DNA of 63,387 bases, filler included, from Octopus bimaculoides (Eukaryota), in assembly GCF_001194135.2 (NCBI RefSeq). It is 10 parts of 8 records of this genome, joined end to end, with 100 filler letters (N's around TTAATTAATTAA, not from the genome) between each part and the next. Parts side by side here need not be neighbours in the genome. Positions count along the whole stretch, not along the records: positions 1 to 12,901 come from NW_026425317.1; 9 more parts are not named here. The stretch is one strand, 5' to 3'. The position numbers and the translations under genes are program-made. Shown here piece after piece: positions 1-10,400 of this stretch; within the stretch, counting starts at the first letter, position 1; each line of letters starts with the position of its first letter. A model generated the notes under the pieces. That model worked only from the letters and a program-made list of their open reading frames with translations. It ran no database searches and was not told the origin of the DNA.

Positions 1-501
1 GTGATACATACAAAGTCATAGATTAACTTGCTTTAAGACTAGACTTTCCTTCTACCATTTCACTCTTACTTCTTCCTCTCTCCCATTTAATAGCTTTCTT
101 CTATCCCTCTACCTCTAACATATTTTTCATAACATAGAAATGTAAAAACACACACAACCACACATACGTGATCTGTGACAACAACATACACATAAACACA
201 TCAACATTATAGATATAAGATTTAGTTTCTGTGTGTTTCTTATATAAGCATGCGCACGCATTGCTATTTTATAACTGTCTTCCGTTCTCCCTTCTTCTCT
301 TTCTCTTTCTTCATTGCTCCTGTTCTCTATTCCTTTCTCCCCCCGTCTCTCTTCTTTCTCGCTCTCTCAAATGCATACACACGCACGTACACAGAAGAAT
401 TCACTACAAGATAACTCATGTTCGTCAATGTTTTGTAAATATACTAACTACGGTGCTTATGGACAACATATTGCAAATCAGTGAACTTCATTACAAATGT
501 G

Positions 502-653
502 GGTAATTTTTCAGATTAACACCCGCACGATTTTCACTAGGGTGTTAGGGTTACGGTTTTTGGATCAGGGTTAGGGTTTTAGGATTACGGTTAGTGTTAT
601 GGTTTTAGGGTTAGGGTTACGTAATCGTGCAGGTGTTAATCTGAAAAATTACC
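502..653. mobile_element. MITE with 31-bp TIRs and an internal degenerate TTAGGG array
   Basis: GGTAATTTTTCAGATTAACACCCGCACGATT (502-532) matches the reverse complement of 623-653 at 30/31. Flanks are CAAATGTG (494-501) and AAAATGTG (654-661), a 7/8 direct repeat consistent with an 8-bp hAT-type TSD. Confidence 0.8.
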
Positions 654-680
654 AAAATGTGAAAACTACCGACCCTGCCA

Positions 681-1230
681 TCTGTTATAACTTTTGTTGT
701 TCTCTTTAATATGTACATAGATTATGCCTCCAAACAAGACAGCTTGCTGGGGAAACAAAGCAACCAGTTTAAAAAGACAGCAACAGACTGCAGCAATTCA
801 CCACATTCCAGAAGCTACTTTGAACATAATGCAAAATGGTGCATCAACATCTACTGCCCAATCTGATAGAATTCTGGCAGAACTGTGTAGCAACAGATCG
901 CCAGCAATTGCTTCATCAGAAATTGCCATCCTAGCTCCTGTGAAAAGGAATTACCCTGCTATGTATAATCAAGGCAGCGCAAAAAGTTGTTTTGCACAAG
1001 CATTTGTATAGTCAATTAGACGGATGAAATTTACATACACTTAATAATGTTACGCAAAACAGCCTTCAGACTTCCCTATTAATTTCATCGTCTTTTGAAT
1101 TATGAACATATTTACATCATAAGGGTTTTTTCGTTGTAAGGCTTTCTTTTTTAGTTGATTTTCACCTAGCAAGACTTATCGTAGATGGCATAATAAGTCA
1201 CACCCGGACAACGTCGTGTTATACTGCTAG
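681..1230 (+). mobile_element. Probable non-autonomous Helitron (3' end clearer than 5' end)
   Basis: Ends CACCCGGACAACGTCGTGTTATACTGCTAG followed by T (1201-1231): a GC-rich subterminal motif plus CTAG|T as in Helitron 3' ends. A possible A|TC start lies at 680-682. ORF 724-1011 is not assignable. Confidence 0.45.
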
Positions 1231-1856
1231 TTTGTAATAATTTATACTTTTTCGTAAAATTCACTGTATACTGTAATCTTATTTTATTTTATATTCCTTA
1301 ATTATACATGATATTTATTATGAGATTATAAGACTAAATTTATTTAAATCTTGTATCTGAATGTACTCTTTATATATTAATATCTCTAATTTACTTACCC
1401 TATACATTAGATCTCATTTCTTACTTTATCCTGTATTTGATGGGAATGAATTTAATTGCATACTATAAGTATCTATATATTTTCTAAATATTTCTGTTAT
1501 ACATTCATCATATAATACTTTACTAGGATATTCAATACATCACATTTATGAAAAGTCTTATTATTTCTCTTATATCTTAAAGTATCCCCTTATTAAAACT
1601 TTTAAGTGTGACTTCTAGACTTCATCTGTATATTTAATTATATCTTAATTTAACATTACAAACACTAGCAGAAAGACCATCCTCCAGATAGTCTTCTGCT
1701 AGCCACTTGATAATATTTTCACATTTGATTCCCAATTCTAATAATTTTCATATTTTACATCCAATTATTTCTTTGTATGATAGTGCTCACTTGCTTAGTA
1801 GATATTGATTTCATTATTTTATCACAGTCATAATCTCTCTTTTTTAAACAAACATC

Positions 1857-1895
1857 ATGGTAGTCCAACAACAGAGGGAGAAGCAATTTGTCAAG
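1857..1895 (+). CDS. Candidate start exon (MVVQQQREKQFVK), product unknown
   Basis: ATG with A at -3 and G at +4, donor AAG|GTGAGG at 1896, and upstream acceptor TTTTATCACAG at 1827. Splice motifs only; no homology recognised. Confidence 0.25.
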
Positions 1896-2974
1896 GTGAG
1901 GGTTGTGGTTGGGGTTGGGGTTTTCTGTCTGCGTGTACGTTCTTTGTGTGTGTGTGTGTCTCTGTATGTGTGTGTCTGTCTGTGTGTGTGTGCTTTTCTC
2001 TCTGTGTGTACGTTCTTTGTGTGTGTGTGTGGGTTAGGGCAACATAGAGATTTCAGTTCAGCAGCCCATCTGTAAGCTTTGCAGTGTGCGTGTGTGAGAG
2101 AGAACATTGCAAACAATGAATGAAATAAACATGAAATGAAAAATCATATAAATAAAAGAGCATTACTACAGATGTATATGCCCCCAACTTTGTTGCCTCA
2201 TAGCATCCAGAAAAATGGACAATTTTTAACAAAAGTTTCTACAAATACTGCTTTGTAGCTTCAAAGTATATAGGGATTTATGGGAAAGAATTTTTCTGAG
2301 ATGGTGGAGAGAGGAGTTTCAGAAAATTCCCATAATCTGACTTTTTTCCCTCATAACTTTCAGGAAAATGGGTATTTTTTAATGAAAATTTATACAAATA
2401 CCTTTCAAATGGCATACATTATGATTATAAAGAAGTTTGAGGGGAAAATTTTGGTGGGGGATTTTTTAAACCACAACCTTAAAAATGATGGGATAGGGGG
2501 GCATCTTTGTATGAAAAAAGTTTTGAAAACTCTTTTTTTTACACCCCCTCCCTCATCATCCCACTCCAGACCTATTTTGGCCAATTTTTTTTGCACTTCA
2601 AAATCTTGGGAAGATCATTTTTGGTAAGAAAATTTTTATAAATTGTTAATATTTTCAGACGGAAAAATGAGTGATTTAAGGGTGATTTGGTTGTTGTTTC
2701 TAGCACATCCTCCTCGTTTCTTTATCACTCTCACATGTATCGATGTTTTTCAAAATTTTTTTCCCTATAAATACTTTTATATGTTATAAAAAAGAAAATT
2801 TGAGAAATTATGAATTTCTCAAATTCCCCACTCCTTGCCCCCAATTCTTTCTGTTTAAAAATCAAAATATTGGAGAGCCTAGGAAGATTGTTGCTGGCAT
2901 TTTTCCACAGTGATTTAAAAAAATTACGGAGATGTATTTGCATAGCAATTGACTTGATCTGAGATTGTGTGCTA

Positions 2975-3282
2975 AAACAAAAACAATTGCAGCATGGAAG
3001 ATTCTGTAAGCCATTCAAAAACACACAGAAACTTAGTTTCACTTTAACATTTAAATTTCATTTGTGTCAAAATACTTTCATTGCTTTGAACCACAACCTG
3101 TTCACTGACAAAACTTCACAAAAGTGATGCAGCATGATGTTTTGTCAGTGAACAGGTTGCAGTTTCAAAGCGACGAAAATATTTTGACACAAATCAAATT
3201 TAAATGTTGCAGTGAAACTAATGGTTTTTGTGTGTTCTTCAATGGCTTACAAACATCTTCTGTGCTACAATTGTTGTTGATT
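2975..3282. mobile_element. Fold-back (palindromic) MITE-like element
   Basis: Arms ~2975-3114 and 3139-3282 are reverse complements (roughly 85% by eye) with a 24-nt spacer. TA dinucleotides flank it at 2973-2974 and 3283-3284. Confidence 0.8.
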
Positions 3283-3841
3283 TAAAAAAAGAGTTATGTA
3301 ATGATAATTCATTTTAATAGCATACTTTTTGGTCAGAAAATATTTTTTTTCTTACACACACACATGGCTTCATTTGATTGAGGTGGGGTTAAAATTTAGA
3401 TTACAATTTATTTTGTTGTTTTTCTTCCACCAATGGATCAAGTGTGTGTTACTTCAGCATCATCATTCCATAAAATGTGTTTAATGGGAGAAAAATACTG
3501 AAAAACACTAATACATGTGAGAATGGGAGGGTGGTTTGGGTTGTGCTAGAAACAACAGCGAAATCTCCCTTGAATTGTTCACATTTTCCTCTGAAAATAT
3601 TTACAATTTTTTTTTTTGTTACCAAAAAGGCTCCTCCCATGGTTTTAAGTTAAAAAGTAAAAAATGGCCAAAATCGGGGCGAATAGTTATCGCAAGCATT
3701 CCAAACAGCCATAACAACAAAATCACTTCAAAATTTTTTTTACAAAAATTATATGGGTATTTAAAAAAAATTTCATCTCATAAATAATGTTTTTACATTA
3801 TGTAGACATTAATAGAATAAACTGTTGGTTTTTCCAAATAG

Positions 3842-3915
3842 TGAATTAAAACTTGAAATGAAAACATTAAAAGAGAAAGTGAGAGACTTTGCAAATGAAA
3901 ATAGAATACTCCGCA
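3842..3915 (+). CDS. Candidate internal exon encoding a coiled-coil-like peptide (ELKLEMKTLKEKVRDFANENRILR)
   Basis: Acceptor TTTTTCCAAATAG at 3841, donor GTAAAT at 3916 (alternative GTAATA at 3922), and a heptad-like charged peptide. Confidence 0.35.
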
Positions 3916-4601
3916 GTAAATGTAATAAATATTTAAATTTGCGAGATATTGGAGTTTAAAAATTCAATAAACTTGAGAAATCGAAATTATAGGAAATATC
4001 TTAGAACATTAATTTATGAAAATATTTCCAGACAGTCAATCCTTTAATATTTGTTTTTTGTTAGTACTTTTAGTAATTGTTACACACCTAATTGATAAGT
4101 AGCTTTCTCCATTATAGAATAAATGCTAAGCTGCAATGTGCTCCTTCCCTTATTCTCCGTACTTATCTTCCACTCCTAATTTCTAATACTTATTCCTTTA
4201 GTTTTTTCATTACGTTCCTCTTTAAGATGGCAATCAAAATAAGTATCATCAACTCTTCCTATCTTTTTTCCTTCCAACTATCACCCCTTCCCCATTAGGC
4301 ATTCCCCCTTCTTTTACCACCCCTTTGGGGTAGACAAAGCTGGTTATAAGGTTCCAGTACTTAGATAATCTAGTACGTTGTCATGATGTTAATTAATCAC
4401 CTTTGTCTGGAATACAACCACAACTCACGAAAGATCTAATTTTGGATGATAGAAGAGTACATTCCCCTTACTGTTTTTGAAGTGTAGGTAACTAGCTCAC
4501 TACTCTCAGTTATTCCTCTCCTCACTATAACCTCTAAATTCTAATAGATTTGACACTCCATTGACTATTTTTCTAAACTCATTCTGCCAAAGATATAACA
4601 G

Positions 4602-4658
4602 CAGAATCAATGTAAATATTTGATCTCCATTGGTGATATGAATATGTTAAAGCAGTTG
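4602..4658 (+). CDS. Candidate exon (QNQCKYLISIGDMNMLKQL)
   Basis: Open phase-0 frame and donor TTG|GTACGT at 4659. The acceptor is weak. Confidence 0.2.
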
Positions 4659-4832
4659 GTACGTCCTTTGTGTTTGAAGTCTCTGCAGTCATCTGACAAA
4701 AATGGTTTTTTTGCAATGAGGTTGTTTTCATTAATCAATTAAAGAAGTTGCTTGAAATGGCTGTAATGAAGTGACACCTGTACATCTTTAATACTCATTT
4801 ATATATATATTTATATATATATATATATATAT

Positions 4833-5222
4833 TCTTTTACTATTTTACTTGTTTCAGTCATTGACTGCAGCCATGCTGGAGCACCACCTTTAGATGAACA
4901 AATCAACCCCAGAACTTATTCTTTGTAAGCCTAGTACTTATTCTATCAGTCTCTTTTTGCCGAACTGCTAATGGACGGGGACATAGACGCACCAACATTG
5001 GTTATCAAGGGGGGACAAACACAGACAAAAACACATACATACACACACACATATATATATATATACATGCGATAAGCTTCTTTTAGTTTTCATCTGCCAA
5101 ATCCACTCACAAGGCTTTGGTCAGCCCAAGGTTATAGTAGAAGACACTTGCCCAAGGTGCCACACAGTGGGACTGAACCCAGAACCATGTGGTTGGGAAG
5201 CAAGCTTCTTACCACACAACCA
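4833..5222 (-). mobile_element. SINE family A (tRNA-derived head, central microsatellite, TTTTACTTGTTTCAGTCA tail on + strand)
   Basis: Shares long blocks with the copies at 5.2, 14.7, 44.0 and 59.3 kb. A-box-like TGGCTGTGTGG and B-box-like GGTTCAGTCCC are seen in the family head. Confidence 0.9.
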
Positions 5223-5241
5223 GTGTTGTGTCTATATATAT

Positions 5242-5616
5242 TCTTTTATTCTTTTACTTGTTTCAGTCATCTGACTGCGGCCATGTTGGAGCACTGCCTT
5301 TAGTCGAACAAATCGACCCCAGGACTTATTGTTTGTAAGCCTAGTACTTATTCTATTGGTCTCGTCTTGCCGAACTGCTAAGTTACGCAGACGTATACAC
5401 ACCAGCATCAGTTGTCAAGCAACGATGGGGAGGGGGGACAAACACAGACACGCAATCATACTCACACACATATATACAACAGGCTTCTTCCAGTTTCCGT
5501 CTACCAAATTCACTCACAAGGCTTTTGTCGGCCTGAGGCTATAGTAGAAGACACTTGCCCAAGGTACCATGCAGTGGGACTGAACGGGGAACCATGTGGT
5601 TGGTAAGCAAGCTACT
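5242..5616 (-). mobile_element. SINE family A, second tandem copy
   Basis: Same blocks as 4833-5222; the extreme 5' end is missing. Confidence 0.9.
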
Positions 5617-5704
5617 TTATTTCAATATTTTTGCCATACAGGCATTACATAGGGGGGACACTACAACATGTGGGGACATATAACAATTAAAAATATATCA
5701 AAAT

Positions 5705-5844
5705 AACATTATCTACAATTGACAAATATTTGTCCTCATATTGTTTGTTGTTAACACGTTTCAGCTGATATACCCTCCATCCTTCATCAGGTATATTGGG
5801 GAAATTTCAAACCTGGGTTCTCATTCCTAAAGTATTTTTTGATG

Positions 5845-5880
<36 letters not shown>

Positions 5881-5951
5881 TCACTGCCTGGACTCGATCT
5901 CAGAATCTTGAGGTTAGTAGCCCGCGCTCTCAACCACTATGCCATATGCCC
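5705..5951 (-). mobile_element. SINE family E: tRNA head + (AAT)n + tail with hammerhead-like core
   Basis: The minus strand reads GGGCATATGGCATAGTGGTTGAGAGCGCGGGC...GATCGAGTCCAGGC (A/B boxes), then (AAT)n, then CCTGATGAAGGATGGAGGGTATATCAGCTGAAACGTGTT. Confidence 0.85.
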
Positions 5952-5960
5952 GTGGACAAT

Positions 5961-6235
5961 TATGGTTAAGAGCGCGAGCTACTAACCCCAAGATTCCAAG
6001 TTCGATTCCAGGCAGTGACCTGAATAATATTAATAATAATAATAATAACAACAACAACAGCAACAACATCAAAAAATACCTTAGGAATGAGAACCCAGGT
6101 TCGAAATTTCCCCAAGACACCTGATGAAGGCTGGATGGTATATCAGCCGAAATGTGTTAACAACAAACAAGATGAGTATAAATATCCGTCAATTGTAAAT
6201 AATGTACATAATTCCTTGTCTCTTAAATATAGAAC
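5961..6235 (+). mobile_element. SINE family E, head-to-head partner copy
   Basis: TATGGTTAAGAGCGCGAGC...GTTCGATTCCAGGCAGTGACC, then (AAT/AAC)n, then ACACCTGATGAAGGCTGGATGGTATATCAGCCGAAATGTGTT. Confidence 0.85.
6117..6157 (+). ncRNA. Hammerhead-ribozyme-like core (degenerate)
   Basis: CTGATGA (6121-6127), stem II GGCTGG/TCAGCC, GAAA (6149-6152), and ACAC/GTGT stem I. This copy lacks the stem III/NUH nucleotides. Confidence 0.5.
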
Positions 6236-6627
6236 TATATAAAAATAAAATATGCTGTTATGAATGACACATGAAAAACAAATTAAAATTATGATAACAT
6301 GCGTGATAGTTGAAAAGGAAAATATGAAGTGTGTGCTGCTCACCCCACACTGAGCAACACCACTCGCTGCCTCTGAGTCCTAATTTCCTTTTAATCTCTG
6401 TTCCAGTTCCCCTATCACTCCATGACTGCACTCCCTCGTAACCTTTTTCACCGGGGGAGGGGTCTTCTAAATTCTGAGGTGTCTGCTCTTTTTTTTCTGT
6501 GGGGAAATGGGGTGGGTGGGTTTGGTGTCTGTATGGGGAGGATGGGTCTGAGTGGTCTTGGGTGGGATGGAGTTGGACTGGGGTACCACATCACACTCAC
6601 TGTTATTTCTTTTTTCTCTTCTTCCTT

Positions 6628-7485
6628 CTACTCTCTGTTACTCTCCATTCTTCTTCCGTCTGTCTTTTCTTCCTCTCTTTTCTCTTCTGTCTCCACAACT
6701 GTTTTCTCTGCTATTGTCCTCTGTAGAGGGCAGTATGCTCTAATGTGACCCTTTTGGCCACATTTAAAACAATGTGGTACTCTGCCCTCTACCCACATTC
6801 TCAGCACAATTTCCCCCAACGTCACCATCTCTGCCAAACTCTCCAGTTGCTCCTCCTCCGTCTGTATAATTAATTCTAGTGTCTTCCCTTTCCACCCTCC
6901 TTCTTCCGTTTCTGTGGCTTGAAGGACAGCCACTTTCTCCTCACTTCCAACAAAGACAGCTGCTGCCACCCAAGCCACTTCTGTATCAGGTGGGATTGCT
7001 TCTACCCTTACCTTGGAAGTCTTTCTTCCAAGGTATTTGGGAGAAGTACTACTTCCTCTGTTTTCACGGCCACACTCACCAGCCTCCTCTACTGTCCTAA
7101 ACTGGACGACCATTGTTCCATATCTCCTTCCTTTAGTTATATATGCTATTTCCTTTGACCACTCCCTTTGCGCCTTTTCCATTTCAGCTTCTTGGCCTTT
7201 TTTCTTTTTAACAAGACATCTTATAGGTGATCGTTTTTCTCTCCATCCACTACATAATCCCTTTGGGGGCGATAACCTCACGTCGCCTCCCACTTTCTGT
7301 ACCATTTTCTCATACTCCTTCAGACCAGCCAAGTCCAATTCCCTTCGCTTCATCTCTGTGGCCTCAGCAAAACTCCTTGTTTTCTCCAACACCCCGTCCA
7401 TCTTTATGACTGCCATTACTAGCTCCTCCTCTGCTAAAGACAGCTCAGACCCGCTAAGGTCTGAGTACATCATCTCTACCATCAA
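6628..7485 (-). CDS. Gag-like / LINE ORF1-like protein with a CCHC zinc knuckle
   Basis: 285-codon ORF containing CFKCGQKGHIRAYC (CX2CX4HX4C). A Pro-rich extension continues in another frame to ~6370, and no RT ORF follows. Confidence 0.75.
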   Translation of the reverse strand: MMVEMMYSDLSGSELSLAEEELVMAVIKMDGVLEKTRSFAEATEMKRRELDLAGLKEYEKMVQKVGGDVRLSPPKGLCSGWREKRSPIRCLVKKKKGQEAEMEKAQREWSKEIAYITKGRRYGTMVVQFRTVEEAGECGRENRGSSTSPKYLGRKTSKVRVEAIPPDTEVAWVAAAVFVGSEEKVAVLQATETEEGGWKGKTLELIIQTEEEQLESLAEMVTLGEIVLRMWVEGRVPHCFKCGQKGHIRAYCPLQRTIAEKTVVETEEKREEEKTDGRRMESNRE

Positions 7486-7703
7486 AGCAGCAAAAAAAAA
7501 AAAAAAAAAAAAAAAAANNNNNNNNNNNNNNNNNNNNNNNNNNNNNNNNNNNNNNNNNNNNNNNNNNNNNNNNNNNNNNNNNNNNNNNNNNNNNNNNNNN
7601 NNNNNNNNNNNNNNNNNNNNNNNNNNNNNNNNNNNNNNNNNNNNNNNNNNNNNNNNNNNNNNNNNNNNNNNNNNNNNNNNNNNNNNNNNNNNNNNNNNNN
7701 NNN

Positions 7704-7759
<56 letters not shown>

Positions 7760-7779
7760 GCAGTGTTTAGATGTAACTA

Positions 7780-8930
7780 CTGTTCAGGTGAAGATGTAAG
7801 GTTCTCACATTGGAGATACCAAACGTAGAAAACCAAAGAATAAAGAATATTATTTACATGTTTATTTGCTGTAACCCCAAGTTTTCCAATCCTTCCAAGC
7901 ATATCTCTTTCATTTTTATGGCTTTGTCTATTTCACTGTTCCATCCCTATGTTACCTTTGGTCTGGCTGGAACTTCACACCAGCAACAGATTTTATTTGT
8001 TGCTTTCAGTAGGTTGTTACATAAGATTTTCTAGTTGTTCTCTAAATTATACATCATTATGTTCTATACCTCAAATGCTTCAATTAGGTCTTCTTTAAAT
8101 CTCTGACAGTTTGCTATGTCTTTAAGTCTTAATAAATTTCTTTTTCAGACTGGCTTGTGTCTCTGTGTTCCTGCTCTAAGTCTGAAGTCACTAAACACTA
8201 ACCTATATTGGTTTGTACATTCTTTACAGGAAAGAACTTTACATTTACAACCATTTGTCTATCCTGCTTTTTAGTGAGAATGTTGTCAATCTAGCTTGTG
8301 TCCCCACCAGACTGATAACTTATCAGGTGACGAGCTGATTTCCTGAAGTGAGTATTGCAGATCATTAGGTCATTTGCATCACAAAATACCAGTAGCCTTG
8401 TTCCCTCCTCATTTCAAGTACCAAATCTTTAGCCTCCATGTACATCATGGAAACCACCAGGATGCTGCTCAACATGTCCATTGAAGTCACTAGCCATGAA
8501 GATCAGGTTACTGTCATTTGTCATTGAGGTCGTGTGCAAAAGGGTATTATAAAACTGATCCTTTTGTTCATCTGGCAGTCCTGGATGATGGGCATAAGCA
8601 GAGATAATAGCTGCTGTTGTAGTTTCCAAGACTAGTCTAAGCATAATTATCCTATCATACACCTGTTTACCTTGATCACTTCATCTCCCCATTTCTTCAC
8701 TGAAAGTATGCCTACACTTCCTTCTATCACTATTGCCTACCAGAAAGAATTTATACCTATGTCTTTTGCCAGTGAGGAGTTTGACTGAGGCACACCTGCA
8801 TCATACTGCTTGCATGCAGCACACATCTGCTTGCTTCCATTCTTGCATTTTAACAATATCACCAGGCCTATCTTTCATTGTGCCTAAATTACTTGTGCTG
8901 TCCTAATGTTGTAAACTTGAGAGGAAGAGC
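7780..8930 (-). mobile_element. RTE-clade LINE fragment (APE endonuclease and linker, decayed)
   Basis: Translates to ...DRIIMLRLV...IISAYAHHPGL..EQKDQFY...ASDFNGHV, and further on LMICNTHFRK and PARPKVT-W-WNSEIDKAI. Many stops and frameshifts. Confidence 0.85.
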
Positions 8931-9594
8931 AAGTAAGGAGTTGGGAGATAGCTTTAAATAATAAAAGAAAGTTTGCAGGCAGACTGGTCCTGCACATTAT
9001 CAGATATACAAATATTAATATAATCACTCAACTGAACCACCATTTCTTTAGATACTCAAACATTCAGGGTTATGTAAATAAATAAATATATAGAATTAAA
9101 AAACAACACTAGCTGAAGGTGGATATTGTATATGTCTAACATTTAGATGAAAGAGCATGTGTGAAAGGAGTGGAAAAATTGAGAAAGAAGTCTGTAAGTC
9201 TCTAAGAGATTAATGAAAATATTTCTTAGAACTTGAAAATAAAGCTTAAACTAGTGCCTGGGTTACAAGTATATTCCAAAATAGAGAATGAATCTTAGTT
9301 TGAACTTGAAATTAATACTTGAGAATTTTTAAGACAACACTTAAATACATACATATAAAAATATTACGTTTATAAAAGAAAAAATATACTATTGGTTACA
9401 AATGAGTTATGAATAAGAAAATGGGTTGCAGTGGTAAAATGTTGAGTAAATAATATTACATATTTAAGAGAAAAAATGCAGTCGGTATAACTTAGCATTG
9501 TTCATATTTGTACATCCCAATAGCAAATGTACATGTGGGTAGTAACCAGCATAATTATTTAAACTACAAGGTATATTGCATACAATGCACATAC

Positions 9595-9817
9595 ATGTAT
9601 TTCTGATCAAACTTTGTTGGAAAATCATTCGAAAATCCCCGAAGTATTTACATCACCAACTGACTGGAACAAGTTGTTCAAAATCCGCTCTTCTTCCTGG
9701 ATCTCTGCATCAGTCAAGCCTTGGTTGACAATTCTCAATTTTTGCTCCAGATCTCTTTCATTTTTCATATTTATGTTGATGTTCTCCATAACTACTATTT
9801 TCAAGGTACTTCTCAAG
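9595..9817 (-). CDS. Candidate exon (MENININMKNERDLEQKLRIVNQGLTDAEIQEEERILNNLFQSVGD...), product unknown
   Basis: Strong acceptor TTTCTTTCATTTCAG (ends 9818), a ~63-codon open frame, and donor AT|GTATGT at 9594. The frame hits a TGA at 9625, before that donor. Confidence 0.4.
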
Positions 9818-9949
9818 CTGAAATGAAAGAAATTTTACCTTTTATTTCTCTAGAAGTGCTAGCTACTACTGTTCAGGTGCTTCTCAAAATTCCAATGAAT
9901 TTTTATTTTGTTTACATGTTTTAAATGTGATTGTTAGAAAAATTATTTT

Positions 9950-10400
9950 TCCACAGGTCTTTACTCACCTCCTGTTTATCATTGCCTACAGGAATGCCAT
10001 TATACTAATAACCTTGTTCTTATCACTGATTACCTAGTTGAATTAGAAAAGAAATTCCAGGTGTGGAAGCAAAACTGGGATAAAAAGGCTTTAAAGTTAA
10101 TTTAACAAAAACCAAAGTCCTAGTTAGCAGGAAAACAGACAGTACATTTACACTTTCAGCTCTGTTCTATATGTAAAAACTATGTAGGTGGAATTCCATA
10201 CAGTGTTTCCAGGGTAAACTATATACACACAAGAGTTTCAGTGAAATCACATGTGAGGGAACAATAAACACTAAGAACTCATGGGAAATACATTTTCTCA
10301 AATGATGAGGATTCTTAAAGATAGTAAATAGTTTCTCATTTTTAGCTTACCTAAATAGCATTGGAGGCTGATATTCTGATAGTACTGCTACCAATCACCT
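9950..10400 (+). mobile_element. RTE LINE reverse transcriptase fragment (decayed)
   Basis: YTNNLVLITDYLVELEKKFQVWKQN (decayed YADD region) and ...KVNLTKTKVLVSRK. Confidence 0.7.

Noticed and set aside
1665-1702. Hairpin CTAGCAGAAAGAC...GTCTTCTGCTAG as a ribozyme or terminator
   Set aside because: It has no hammerhead core in either orientation and no U-tract. The hairpin is real but unassigned.
5880-6010. tRNA-like sequences here and at other SINE heads as tRNA genes
   Set aside because: They have A/B boxes but continue into repeat bodies, with no complete cloverleaf.
7013-7828. 271-aa plus-strand ORF
   Set aside because: It is the antisense shadow of the gag-like ORF plus a gap.
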